From Clostridia bacterium (GTDB lineage Bacteria > Bacillota > Clostridia > Christensenellales > CAG-138): DNA of 64,000 nt. Position 1 is the stretch's first letter, and each line of letters begins with the position of its first letter. Of this stretch, positions 25,499 through 35,287 are shown in pieces. Location of the stretch: assembly GCA_030526995.1 (NCBI GenBank), contig JAUNBP010000002.1:1-64000 (forward strand). The letters run 5' to 3'. The position numbers were made by a program, and so were the translations under genes. The notes below the pieces were generated by a model that ran no database searches, was not told where the DNA came from, and worked only from the letters and a program-made list of their open reading frames with translations.

Positions 25499-27085
25499 AT
25501 GAGCGAATATGTCATAGAGATGTTGAATATCACTAAGGAGTTCCCCGGCATAAAGGCGAATGACGATATCACCCTGCAGCTAAAGCAGGGAGAGGTACAC
25601 GCTTTATTGGGTGAGAATGGTGCAGGCAAATCGACCTTGATGAGCGTCCTGTTCGGTCTATATCAGCCTGAGTCCGGAATTATCAAGAAAAACGGCGAGG
25701 AAGTCAAGATTCACAATCCGAACGACGCCAATGCGTTGAACATCGGTATGGTGCATCAGCATTTCAAACTCGTTGAGGTTTTCACGGTTCTTGATAATAT
25801 TATTTTGGGGGCAGAGCCCAACACGTTTGGGTTTTTGCGCAAAGCTGAAGCGCGAAAAAAAGTTTTGGAGCTAAGCGAACGATATGGTTTACATGTCGAT
25901 CCGGACGCACTTATAGAGGATATTTCCGTTGGTATGCAACAACGTGTTGAAATCCTCAAAATGCTTTATCGCGACAATGAAATTTTGATTTTTGATGAAC
26001 CGACGGCGGTTTTAACTCCGCAGGAGATCGACGAACTCATGGAGATTATGCGGAACTTCACAAAAGAAGGCAAGTCGATTCTGTTCATTACACATAAATT
26101 AAACGAGATAATGGCTGTTGCCGATCGTTGTACCGTTTTGCGTAAGGGCAAACTTATGGGAACGGTGGAAATCAAGAATACAACTAAAGAAGAGTTATCT
26201 CGAATGATGGTCGGGAGAGACGTTCAGTTTGAGGTTGAAAAGGGCGAGGAGCATCTTGGCGACGTCGTTTTGGATGTAAAGAACGTCACCGTTCCGTCCA
26301 AGCTCCACGCCAACAACGCAGTCAAGGATGTCAGCTTCCAAGTTCGTGCCGGTGAAATTGTGTGTCTTGCAGGTATCGAAGGAAACGGTCAAACCCAGTT
26401 TGTCCATGCGCTTACCGGACTTGATAAGATGTCGGCGGGCACCATCACGCTGTGTGGTCACGATATTACAAAGGCAAAGATTCGCACCCGTTCAAAGCTC
26501 GGCATGAGCCACATTCCTGAGGATAGGCATAAGCACGGCTTGGTACTCGACTACTCGCTGGAAGAAAACCTTGTCTTGCAGCGTTATTGGGAACCGCAGT
26601 TCCAATCTGCAGGCTTTATCAATAGCTACGCAGTGCGCAAGTATGCGGAAAAGCTTATTGAACAGTACGATATCCGTTCCGGTCAAGGACCCGTTACAAC
26701 GGCACGTTCAATGTCCGGCGGTAACCAGCAAAAGGCGATAGTTGCGCGTGAGATCGATAAGGATCCTGAGCTGCTCGTTGCAGTTCAGCCGACCCGAGGC
26801 TTGGATGTCGGGGCCATTGAGTACATTCACAAGCAGCTTGTAGCCCAGCGGGATGCAGGAAGAGCGGTCCTGCTCGTTTCATTGGAGTTGGAAGAGGTTA
26901 TGAGCGTTCCTGACAGAATTTTGGTTATGTACGAAGGCGAGATAGTCGGTGAATTCAACCCGAAACAGGTTACCGTTCAGGAGCTCGGTCTTTACATGGC
27001 GGGCGCAAAGAACATGTACAGGGATGCAGAGAAACCGCTTGAATCAAATTCAGTATCGACGGAAGATGAGGTGATTGAGGGATGA
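25499..27085 (+). CDS. ABC transporter ATP-binding protein, duplicated ATPase (nucleoside/sugar type)
   Basis: Two Walker A/B plus signature regions (GENGAGKST ...; second half GIEGNGQT..). Confidence 0.9.
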   Translation: MSEYVIEMLNITKEFPGIKANDDITLQLKQGEVHALLGENGAGKSTLMSVLFGLYQPESGIIKKNGEEVKIHNPNDANALNIGMVHQHFKLVEVFTVLDNIILGAEPNTFGFLRKAEARKKVLELSERYGLHVDPDALIEDISVGMQQRVEILKMLYRDNEILIFDEPTAVLTPQEIDELMEIMRNFTKEGKSILFITHKLNEIMAVADRCTVLRKGKLMGTVEIKNTTKEELSRMMVGRDVQFEVEKGEEHLGDVVLDVKNVTVPSKLHANNAVKDVSFQVRAGEIVCLAGIEGNGQTQFVHALTGLDKMSAGTITLCGHDITKAKIRTRSKLGMSHIPEDRHKHGLVLDYSLEENLVLQRYWEPQFQSAGFINSYAVRKYAEKLIEQYDIRSGQGPVTTARSMSGGNQQKAIVAREIDKDPELLVAVQPTRGLDVGAIEYIHKQLVAQRDAGRAVLLVSLELEEVMSVPDRILVMYEGEIVGEFNPKQVTVQELGLYMAGAKNMYRDAEKPLESNSVSTEDEVIEG

Positions 27086-28299
27086 AAAAAGGTTTAATCA
27101 GTATTCTTGCATCGGTAATTTCGATTCTTGTAGGTTTGCTGTTCGGCTTTCTGCTGTTGCTCGTTGTGAACAGCGGCGAGGCGGTAGGCAAGTTCGGTGA
27201 GCTTTTAACGGCAGGCGTTTCGACGCTACCCAAGATGGCAAAGGTTCTGTATCAAGCAGCACCTCTGATAATGACAGGCTTATCCGTCGCCTTTGCATTC
27301 AAGACCGGTTTGTTCAACATAGGTGCATCCGGTCAGTACACGGTTGGTGCATTCGCAGCACTCGCCTGCGCAATCATATTCCAAATGCCTTGGTGGGCAT
27401 GCTTGATTGCATCCATCATCGCAGGTGCGGTTTGGGGCTTCTTCCCCGGTTTATTCAAGGCACTGTTCAACGTTAACGAGGTTATCACCTCAATCATGTT
27501 CAACTGGATTGGACTTTTTGCAGTAAACCTTGCGTGCATGAACATCAGAAATGCTGCAGGCAAGCAGATAATGCTTCCGACCGCATGGGTAAACAGTCCT
27601 ATTATGGACAGAACGGCGTCGTTGTCCTACGCCAATCCCGACGCAATGATTCCAAAATGGGGTCTGGACACGCTGTTCGAATCCAACTACATGAATATAA
27701 GCATCTTTATTGCAATCGCCTTTGCGATTATCCTGTGGGTCGTGCTCAACAGAACCACGTTCGGTTACGAGCTTAAGGCCTGCGGAAACAACAAGAATGC
27801 AAGTATTTATGCCGGTATCAATGCAAAGCGCAACATCGTCCTTTCAATGGTCATAGCAGGCGCAATGGCAGGCTTGGGCGGCGGCTTGTACTATCTGGCA
27901 GGCACTGCGGATTACAACATCCAAAAGGTGCTTCTTGCAATGGGATTCAACGGAATATCCGTTGCGTTGCTTGCAACCTCCAACCCGATAGGCACGATAT
28001 TCAGCGCCTTGTTCATCTCGTACATCCAAGTAGGCGGCGAGTCGCTGCAACCGACCTTCGCCAAAGAGATGATAGATATCATCATTGCGGTTATTATCTA
28101 CCTGAGTGCATTTGCACTGCTAACCAAGACCCTCTTGGGCAAGGCAATTAAGCTCAACAAAACAAATGTTAACGAGGACAAAACGGTTGACGCCGAGCAG
28201 GAGGATCTTAAAGCTCATGCTCAGCAGGCAGGAGATAACGGCAAAGGCGTATTACCGCCAACTGTTGCCGATAATAAGGAAAGTGAGGGTGAAAAGTAA
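27082..28299 (+). CDS. ABC transporter permease (BMP-family system)
   Basis: Polytopic permease. Start overlaps the upstream stop. Confidence 0.85.
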   Translation: MKKGLISILASVISILVGLLFGFLLLLVVNSGEAVGKFGELLTAGVSTLPKMAKVLYQAAPLIMTGLSVAFAFKTGLFNIGASGQYTVGAFAALACAIIFQMPWWACLIASIIAGAVWGFFPGLFKALFNVNEVITSIMFNWIGLFAVNLACMNIRNAAGKQIMLPTAWVNSPIMDRTASLSYANPDAMIPKWGLDTLFESNYMNISIFIAIAFAIILWVVLNRTTFGYELKACGNNKNASIYAGINAKRNIVLSMVIAGAMAGLGGGLYYLAGTADYNIQKVLLAMGFNGISVALLATSNPIGTIFSALFISYIQVGGESLQPTFAKEMIDIIIAVIIYLSAFALLTKTLLGKAIKLNKTNVNEDKTVDAEQEDLKAHAQQAGDNGKGVLPPTVADNKESEGEK

Positions 28300-29291
28300 T
28301 GAATGTACTTGCAGACGTAATTAGTTCAACAATTTTGTTTGCGGTTCCGTTGCTGCTCGTTGCCATGGGCGGTATGTTCTCGGAGCGAAGCGGTATCATC
28401 AACATCGCTTTGGAGGGCATAATGATTATAGGCGCCTTGATGGGCTGCCTCATGCTGCGCTGGCTGGATCCTTCGGTACTTTCCGGTGCTATGGGTTCGC
28501 AATCGGCAATGTTCATTGCAACAATGTTTGCGGGCGTGTGCGGTATTGCATTCTCCGTTTTGCTGGCATTTGCATCCATCAACTTAAAGGCGGATCAGAC
28601 CATCGGCGGTACGGCACTGAACATGTTGGCTCCCGCATTTGCAATCGTGCTTACCTGGGTAGTCCAGGGTCAGGGACAGACCACCATTTTGATTCCCACA
28701 TGGACCCGCATCACTCAGGATTCCTTCGGAATAACGGCAGCGGATAATTTCTTCCAGAATCTTCTCTTTAAGAACTTCTACCTTACAACGATTATTGCAA
28801 TCATACTGTTTGCAATTGCGGTGGTTCTTCTGTATAAGACCAAGTTCGGATTAAGGCTTCGCGCCTGCGGTGAACATCCTCAGGCAGCGGACTCGGTAGG
28901 TATCAACGTATATAAGATGCGCTACTGCGGCGTTTTGATTTCGGGCTTCCTCGGCGGTATCGGCGGTCTTGCGTTCACGCTTGCAGCGGGTTCGGGCTTC
29001 CAGTCCACGGTTGCAGGTTACGGCTTCTTAGCCTTGGCGGTTATGATATTCGGTAACTGGAAACCTTGGAGCATCCTTGGAGCATCCCTGTTCTTCGCAT
29101 TGTTCAAGGTCGTCGGAGCCTATGCTTCGAGCATCCCGTTCATGCCCCAGTTCAAGTCGCTTGAGGGCGTCAGCACCTACCTGTATCCCATGCTCCCGTA
29201 CATCGTCACGATGATACTTCTGGTCTTAACTTCCAAAAAGTCCAGAGCGCCGAAGGCGGAGGGCATCCCTTACGACAAGGGATCCAGATAA
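28299..29291 (+). CDS. ABC transporter permease (BMP-family system)
   Basis: Polytopic permease. Start overlaps the upstream stop. Confidence 0.85.
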   Translation: MNVLADVISSTILFAVPLLLVAMGGMFSERSGIINIALEGIMIIGALMGCLMLRWLDPSVLSGAMGSQSAMFIATMFAGVCGIAFSVLLAFASINLKADQTIGGTALNMLAPAFAIVLTWVVQGQGQTTILIPTWTRITQDSFGITAADNFFQNLLFKNFYLTTIIAIILFAIAVVLLYKTKFGLRLRACGEHPQAADSVGINVYKMRYCGVLISGFLGGIGGLAFTLAAGSGFQSTVAGYGFLALAVMIFGNWKPWSILGASLFFALFKVVGAYASSIPFMPQFKSLEGVSTYLYPMLPYIVTMILLVLTSKKSRAPKAEGIPYDKGSR

Positions 29292-29360
29292 CACAATCTG
29301 TATTCGAAAGAGTCATCAACAAGATGGCTCTTTTTTTGATTTTTGGGAAAGAATAGCAAT

Positions 29361-29888
29361 ATGCTTGCCGTGCTTATAGTGCTGTTTTTCATATTGCTCC
29401 TGCTTTCGCTGCTGCTAATGCCGATAACGATTAGGCTTGACGGCGTATTTTCCCTGCGAAGCTCAAGGTTTTCGGTAGCTGTACGCCCGCTCAACCTGTT
29501 TTCGATTGACTTCAACTTTCGGCTGTGCTTACTCCGAGAGCCGTATTTTACGATTCATCATCTTAAAAAGGACGGGAGTGTCAAGATAATCCCGCTTTTA
29601 TCCAAAAAGAAGCACAAAAGCAAAATAGATTTCGAATCCCTTATCAAAAAATTGGACCTCAAGGTTCAAGTGATTTTGGGCATAGAAAACGACGCTGCGC
29701 TGACGGTGTGGAGCATAGGCGCGCTCTATTCCGCATTGAAGGCAGCGGCAAAGCTGTATTCGCTCCAAAATCACATAGAAGTTGCGCCCGTCTACGACCT
29801 ATCGATTTTCAGAATAAAAGTTTTTGGCATAACTCGGCTGAATCCTGCGAATATTATCAACATATATTTGAAGAAACGAGGAAAATAA
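29361..29888 (+). CDS. DUF2953 (YtfI-like) sporulation-associated membrane protein
   Basis: N-terminal TM, followed immediately by the ytfJ homolog (conserved ytfI-ytfJ pair). Start uncertain (TTG 29343 alternative). Confidence 0.5.
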   Translation: MLAVLIVLFFILLLLSLLLMPITIRLDGVFSLRSSRFSVAVRPLNLFSIDFNFRLCLLREPYFTIHHLKKDGSVKIIPLLSKKKHKSKIDFESLIKKLDLKVQVILGIENDAALTVWSIGALYSALKAAAKLYSLQNHIEVAPVYDLSIFRIKVFGITRLNPANIINIYLKKRGK

Positions 29889-29889
29889 A

Positions 29890-30315
29890 ATGCACCCGGT
29901 AGAAAGTATAATACAAACAACAATGACTCAGTTAAAATCGATAGTCGATGTCACGACTATCGTTGGCAACCCCGTGTATTCGGACGGCAACTCCTTGGTG
30001 CTGCCCGTGTCCAAGGTCTGCTTTGGCTTCTTTGCGGGCGGCGGGGAATATTCAATGCAGGGCAAGGCGGAGAAGGCAATCAAGCAGAGCGAATCCGAGG
30101 GCGATTATCCGTTCTTGGGCACGGCAGTAGCCGGAGTATCCGTAACGCCAAAGGCCTTTTTGTCCGTAAAATCAGGGCAGGCAAGCGTGCTGCCCGCCGA
30201 ATACGACAACACGATTGATCGACTCGTCGAGATGATTCCGCAGGTGATGTGCGAAATAAAGCAGGCGATAGTATCCTGCAAGAAACAGAAGGAAGGGGAG
30301 GAATCCGATAAATGA
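29890..30315 (+). CDS. ytfJ: Sporulation protein YtfJ/GerW family
   Basis: MHPVESIIQTTM..VDVTTIVGNPVYSDGNSLVLPVSKVCFGFFAGGGE matches YtfJ family. Confidence 0.7.
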   Translation: MHPVESIIQTTMTQLKSIVDVTTIVGNPVYSDGNSLVLPVSKVCFGFFAGGGEYSMQGKAEKAIKQSESEGDYPFLGTAVAGVSVTPKAFLSVKSGQASVLPAEYDNTIDRLVEMIPQVMCEIKQAIVSCKKQKEGEESDK

Positions 30316-31424
30316 GGAGGCTTGCCAAAGCCCTTATAGTTTTGATTCTGCTGACCGTGGGGGCTCCTTCCTCGGCGGAGGCGGCGCCCGCAGTTTCGGT
30401 TCAGGGCGCCTGCCTTATGGAGGCAACGACGGGCAGGGTGCTGTACGAGCATAACGCCGATCAAGGGCTTCCGATAGCGAGCACGACCAAGATAATGACC
30501 GCCCTTCTTGCGATTGAAAACTGCAACCTCGACGAATTGGTTGCTATAGACGATGAGGCTGTGGGCACCGAGGGCTCCTCAATGTATCTGGGCTATGACG
30601 AAACGCTAAGCGTCCGAGACCTTCTGTACGGGCTTATGTTGACCTCGGGCAACGATGCCGCAGTAGCGCTTGCAATTCACATTGCGGGCAGCGTCGAGGA
30701 CTTTGCAACCATGATGAACGAGAAGGCAAAATCCTTAGGCTGTGAGAACACCAACTTTGTAACCCCAAACGGGCTGCACAACAGCAATCACTACGCATCG
30801 GCAATGGATATGAGTTTGATTGCCTCATACGCAATGCAAAACGAGGACTTTGCAAAGATAGTCGGAACCACCTATCACGAAACCGAAACGGGAGCCGTCT
30901 CTCGAACGCTAAAAAACAAGAACAAAATCCTCTGGGAGTACGAGGGAGGCTGCGGGGTCAAGACCGGCTACACGATTGCCGCAGGCAAGTGCTTGGTGTT
31001 TGCCGCCGAGCGAGACGGGCTGCTCTTGGTAGGAACGGTTATCAACTGCCCTGATATGTGGAACGGCGCAAAGAACATGCTTGACTTCGGGTTTGAAAAC
31101 TTTGAGATGACGACTTTAGTCGATGCTAAGACTTGGAAGGCAAGCGTTTCAGTTGAGGACGGCGAAAAAAAAGAGTTGGCAGCCGTCGTTGAAAAGAGTA
31201 TAATGTATCCAACGAAGAAAAACGGCGAGGATACCGTTTCCGTATCTTTTGAGTGTGTTAAATCGCTGACAGCCCCTGTCGAGCTTAACAGCGAGCTTGG
31301 CACTATCAGAGTCCTTGTCAACGGACAAATCGTAGGCGAGCGCAGGCTCATAGCCTCCCAAAGCGTTGACAAGCTCGGCTTTTGGTACTATCTTATGGAG
31401 GTTTTGGAACGGTTCATCGCATAG
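30312..31424 (+). CDS. Serine-type D-Ala-D-Ala carboxypeptidase (S11, PBP5/DacB-like)
   Basis: Signal peptide. SxxK (ASTTK), SGN (SGNDAA), KTG motifs. Confidence 0.8.
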   Translation: MRRLAKALIVLILLTVGAPSSAEAAPAVSVQGACLMEATTGRVLYEHNADQGLPIASTTKIMTALLAIENCNLDELVAIDDEAVGTEGSSMYLGYDETLSVRDLLYGLMLTSGNDAAVALAIHIAGSVEDFATMMNEKAKSLGCENTNFVTPNGLHNSNHYASAMDMSLIASYAMQNEDFAKIVGTTYHETETGAVSRTLKNKNKILWEYEGGCGVKTGYTIAAGKCLVFAAERDGLLLVGTVINCPDMWNGAKNMLDFGFENFEMTTLVDAKTWKASVSVEDGEKKELAAVVEKSIMYPTKKNGEDTVSVSFECVKSLTAPVELNSELGTIRVLVNGQIVGERRLIASQSVDKLGFWYYLMEVLERFIA

Positions 31425-31436
31425 AAAGCAGGGTTT

Positions 31437-32156
31437 ATGCGGCTCCAAAAGTACATGGCGGATGCGGGCGTTGCCTCAAGGCGAGCCTGTGAGACGATAA
31501 TTTCAGAGGGCAGGGTTACCGTAAACGGAGTTACAGCCACCCTCGGCATGAGCGTAAAAGTCGATCACGATATTGTGGAAGTGGACGGAAAGCAGATTTT
31601 TCCCGCCAAACGCAAGCTCGTGATTTTGTTGTACAAGCCTCGGGGCGTCGTCTGCACCTCCTCCGATCCCGAGGGGAGAAAGACCGTGCAGGAGTATATC
31701 AAGGATATTCCGGAGCGCCTCTACAATGTTGGCAGGCTGGATATCAACTCGGAGGGCCTGCTGCTTTTGACCAATGACGGGGAGCTTGCAAACAAATTGA
31801 TGCACCCCCGCTACGGCGTAAAAAAGACCTATCGTGCCATCTGTGACGGAAAGCTCACCGCAAGCGAGATTGCAACGCTGACAAACGGTGTGCAGCTTGA
31901 GGACGGGCTGACCGCCCCCGCCCGTGTTTTCGATGTCGCCCCGACAAAGGAGGGCGGCAACACTGCCTTTTCTATAACGATTCACGAGGGCAAGAACCGC
32001 CAAGTCAGACGCATGGTCGAAGCGGTGGGGCATAGGACGCTCAGGCTCAAGCGCATAGCCTACGGCGGCTTGACTCTCGGAGGTCTCAAAAGCGGGCAGT
32101 GGCGATATCTAAGCAAGGATGAGATTGAGACCCTTACAAACAGCTACGAAAACTGA
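31437..32156 (+). CDS. rluB: rRNA pseudouridine synthase (RluB/RsuA family), S4 domain
   Basis: S4 domain N-terminus (RLQKYMADAGVASRR). Catalytic region GRLDINSEGLLLLTNDG. Confidence 0.85.
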   Translation: MRLQKYMADAGVASRRACETIISEGRVTVNGVTATLGMSVKVDHDIVEVDGKQIFPAKRKLVILLYKPRGVVCTSSDPEGRKTVQEYIKDIPERLYNVGRLDINSEGLLLLTNDGELANKLMHPRYGVKKTYRAICDGKLTASEIATLTNGVQLEDGLTAPARVFDVAPTKEGGNTAFSITIHEGKNRQVRRMVEAVGHRTLRLKRIAYGGLTLGGLKSGQWRYLSKDEIETLTNSYEN

Positions 32157-32158
32157 GC

Positions 32159-32551
32159 TTATAAAAACGTATTAAAATCAAAATATTCGATATCATCGAG
32201 CGCATTCAGCGCACTTTTCAGGGCGATAAAGGCGGCAACGGCAGCCTCCCTGTCCTCAAGAATACACATTTTCTCGGCCAAGACCGCCTCAAGCACGGCC
32301 TCATTAACAACTCCGTGATTCACAAACCACTTTATCTTGGGGCTTCTTTCGCTTAGAAGCTCGTTTATTTTGCCCGCATGGTGCGCAGCAAGCTCAAAGT
32401 TATCCTCATCGAGGGCGGAAAGTGCCCCATCGATATCCGTAACGACATCGTTGTAAGTCGAGTGAATTAAGGAGCAGGGCAGGGTGAACAGCAGAATCAG
32501 AATTATGATGAACACAACCGTGAATATGCGTTGTACGACGATAAATTTCAT
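32159..32551 (-). CDS. DUF4363-family protein
   Basis: Small TM protein adjacent to DUF421 (conserved pair). ATG 32551 with AGAGGTGA RBS. Confidence 0.55.
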   Translation of the reverse strand: MKFIVVQRIFTVVFIIILILLFTLPCSLIHSTYNDVVTDIDGALSALDEDNFELAAHHAGKINELLSERSPKIKWFVNHGVVNEAVLEAVLAEKMCILEDREAAVAAFIALKSALNALDDIEYFDFNTFL

Positions 32552-32552
32552 A

Positions 32553-33227
32553 TTAATCACCTCTTTTGCGGGTTTCAATCAGCTTTGCACCCTTTCTCCA
32601 CTTCAGTTGAATGCGAATCTTTCCCGTGGGCGCAAGCTGCATATAAAGAACATCGGAGATGGAATAACCGTTGAGATAGGAAGCAATCTCATTTCTGTCC
32701 ATGGACAGAGCCTTTGCAGCATCACGACATATCTTCCCATCCAAAATCAGCATATGGGAAAGCTCCTTGGAGGGCTGTTCGCCGTTGTCTATGGGCATGA
32801 TACTCATGCTCCCGTTCGTCTCCAAAATTGCGTAGTAGACCGAGCCGATATCAAAAATGCCTTGCGAACGAAGCTGGTCTGTAAGGTCGTTCACCGTGTA
32901 ATTGGATTGACTCATCGCCCTCTCCTCAAGCCTGCCCTCACGCACTAAAATCACGGGCGTACCGCAGACAGCTCGGCGGAAACCACTGTTTTTCAGACAG
33001 AATTTTGCAATGCACTGCTGCACAAGGAAGAGCGCAAGAATCGGCACAATGCTGTAGAGAAGCGGGATATCGGTATCCGCTATTGCACAGCTTGCAAGGT
33101 CGGCAATCGTGAGGGTAATGAGCAGGTCAAAGGGTTGCAAATCCGACACCTGACGCTTGCCCGTCAAACGAATGATGAACAGTATGAAGATGTAGAGCAG
33201 AACGGCTCTTAAAAACAATACCAGCAT
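32553..33227 (-). CDS. DUF421 (YetF-like) membrane protein
   Basis: N-terminus MLVLFLRAVLLYIFILFIIRLTGKRQVSDLQPFD matches DUF421. Confidence 0.65.
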   Translation of the reverse strand: MLVLFLRAVLLYIFILFIIRLTGKRQVSDLQPFDLLITLTIADLASCAIADTDIPLLYSIVPILALFLVQQCIAKFCLKNSGFRRAVCGTPVILVREGRLEERAMSQSNYTVNDLTDQLRSQGIFDIGSVYYAILETNGSMSIMPIDNGEQPSKELSHMLILDGKICRDAAKALSMDRNEIASYLNGYSISDVLYMQLAPTGKIRIQLKWRKGAKLIETRKRGD

Positions 33228-33367
33228 GAGGTTAGTTTTTGGCAATCGGGATAAAATATACTAAAAAAGCGGTTTCAAAAAAAAGGAAAAAGAGGGTTAT
33301 TGTCGAAATAAACAGTAACTGGGTTAGATTGAGATTTATGAGCATCTAACCAAATAGGAGGAAAAAT

Positions 33368-33703
33368 ATGACATTGAGTTTGCTCACGGAAGTCGCACAG
33401 ACGACGTCGGAGGCGGCAGTACCGCCCTCAAACCTGTCCGTCATGCTTCTCGGATTCGGCACGGTCTTTGTCGGGCTAATTATGCTCATCTTCATCGTGA
33501 AGATTTACAGCCTGCTCGTCAGAAATCTGTCCAAGCCCAAGACGGAAGCAGTACCCCAAGCAGTGGCAGCGCCCGCAGCGCCTGTCACAGCCCCCATCGA
33601 AAATCGCCAAGAGATAATAGCCGGTATTGCCGCAGCCATTGCAACGGTAATGGGCAAGGACGTAGAGGCGATAAGAATCACATCATTCAAAAGAGTAGGA
33701 TAA
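33368..33703 (+). CDS. OadG-like gamma subunit of Na+-translocating decarboxylase
   Basis: Small single-TM protein preceding the BCCP/beta/alpha genes. Confidence 0.55.
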   Translation: MTLSLLTEVAQTTSEAAVPPSNLSVMLLGFGTVFVGLIMLIFIVKIYSLLVRNLSKPKTEAVPQAVAAPAAPVTAPIENRQEIIAGIAAAIATVMGKDVEAIRITSFKRVG

Positions 33704-33719
33704 TCGGGAGGAAGAAAAA

Positions 33720-34091
33720 ATGCGTAAGTTTTTAGTCAATGTAAACGGAACTCAGTACGAGATTGAAGTCGAAGAAATCGACAAGTCCACTGCAACTGCA
33801 AATGTAACCCCTGCAAAGCCCGCAGCGCCCCCGGCGCCCGCACCCGCACCGGCACCTGCACCCGCAGCCTCGGGCAGCGGTGAGAGCGTAAACTCTCCTA
33901 TGCCGGGCACCATTCTTTCGGTAAGCGTTGCAGTAGGCGACACCGTAAAGGAAGGCCAAGTGCTGATGATGCTCGAAGCCATGAAGATGGAAAATGAGAT
34001 TTTGGCACCCGTAGCGGGTAAAGTCACGGGTCTGTCCGTAGCAAAGGGCGCAACCGTTTCGGCAGGACAGCTGCTCTGCACGATCGGATAA
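33720..34091 (+). CDS. Biotin carboxyl carrier protein (biotinyl domain) with Pro-Ala linker
   Basis: EAMKMENEI biotinylation motif. (PAPA)n linker. Confidence 0.8.
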   Translation: MRKFLVNVNGTQYEIEVEEIDKSTATANVTPAKPAAPPAPAPAPAPAPAASGSGESVNSPMPGTILSVSVAVGDTVKEGQVLMMLEAMKMENEILAPVAGKVTGLSVAKGATVSAGQLLCTIG

Positions 34092-34103
34092 AGGTAAGAA
34101 CCT

Positions 34104-35276
34104 ATGGAAGGATTTATCGACTTTCTCCAAACGACGGGGTTTTACGGGCTGTTCCAAGGCGACGGCTGGAAACAGCTTATAATGATTCTGATAGCCTGTT
34201 TCCTTCTGTTTCTGGCTATCGTTAAAAAATACGAGCCACTTCTGCTCGTTCCTATCGCATTCGGAATGTTGCTCACCAACCTTCCGGGCTCGAACCTGTA
34301 TCACACCGAGATATTCTCGGAAGGACATGTAGACTGGGCGACGCTCGGCGCAGGCGATGGCGGCCTTATCGACTACCTCTATCTCGGCGTCAAGCTCGGC
34401 ATCTATCCCTGCCTCATCTTCATGGGCGTGGGAGCCATGACCGACTTCGGACCCTTGATTGCCAACCCCAAGAGCCTTATCTTAGGCGCAGCGGCACAGC
34501 TCGGCATCTACGTTGCCTTTGGACTCGCCCTGGTCTTGGGATTTGAGCAGGATGCGGCGGCGTCCATCGGCATCATCGGCGGCGCAGACGGCCCCACGGC
34601 GATTTTGGTTACCTCCCAACTTGCCCCGCAGTTTTTGGGACCGATTGCGGTTGCGGCTTATTCGTACATGGCTCTCGTTCCGGTCATTCAGCCCCCTATC
34701 ATGAAGCTTTTGACCACCAAGAAGGAGCGCAGCATAGTCATGGAACAGCTTCGTCCGGTCAGCCAGACCGAGAAGATTCTGTTCCCGATTATCGTAACCA
34801 TCTTCATCGCCCTGCTCCTGCCCTCGGCGGCGCCGCTCATCGGCTCGCTGATGATAGGAAACCTCTTTAGAGAGTGCGGCGTGACCGAAAGGCTCAGCAA
34901 GACGGTTCAAAACGAACTTGTAAACATCGTCACGATATTCCTCGGAATTTCCGTAGGTGCTACGGCTACCGGCGCAGTATTTTTGAGCGCAGATACCCTT
35001 AAAATTATCGCCCTCGGCGTGCTGGCATTTGGCTTCGGCACGGCAGGCGGCGTAATCCTTGCAAAGATCATGAACCTCTTCACCAAGAAGAAGATAAATC
35101 CGCTCATAGGCTCCGCAGGCGTTTCCGCAGTTCCCATGGCTGCACGTGTTTCGCAGGTCGTAGGACAGAAGGAGAACCCAAAGAACTTTTTGCTCATGCA
35201 TGCCATGGGCCCCAATGTGGCAGGCGTCATAGGCTCTGCGATTGCCGCAGGCGTATTCCTGTCACTGCTGCAATAG
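34104..35276 (+). CDS. oadB: Na+-translocating decarboxylase beta subunit (OadB/GcdB/MmdB family)
   Basis: Polytopic membrane protein with conserved beta-subunit architecture. Confidence 0.85.
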   Translation: MEGFIDFLQTTGFYGLFQGDGWKQLIMILIACFLLFLAIVKKYEPLLLVPIAFGMLLTNLPGSNLYHTEIFSEGHVDWATLGAGDGGLIDYLYLGVKLGIYPCLIFMGVGAMTDFGPLIANPKSLILGAAAQLGIYVAFGLALVLGFEQDAAASIGIIGGADGPTAILVTSQLAPQFLGPIAVAAYSYMALVPVIQPPIMKLLTTKKERSIVMEQLRPVSQTEKILFPIIVTIFIALLLPSAAPLIGSLMIGNLFRECGVTERLSKTVQNELVNIVTIFLGISVGATATGAVFLSADTLKIIALGVLAFGFGTAGGVILAKIMNLFTKKKINPLIGSAGVSAVPMAARVSQVVGQKENPKNFLLMHAMGPNVAGVIGSAIAAGVFLSLLQ

Positions 35277-35287
35277 GAGGATAATGA

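Noticed and set aside
33752-34328. Minus-strand ORFs (109 and 198 aa) with AGAGAGAG/ poly-Ala-Gly translation opposite the BCCP gene
   Set aside because: They mirror the (PA)n linker-encoding repeat. No independent support.
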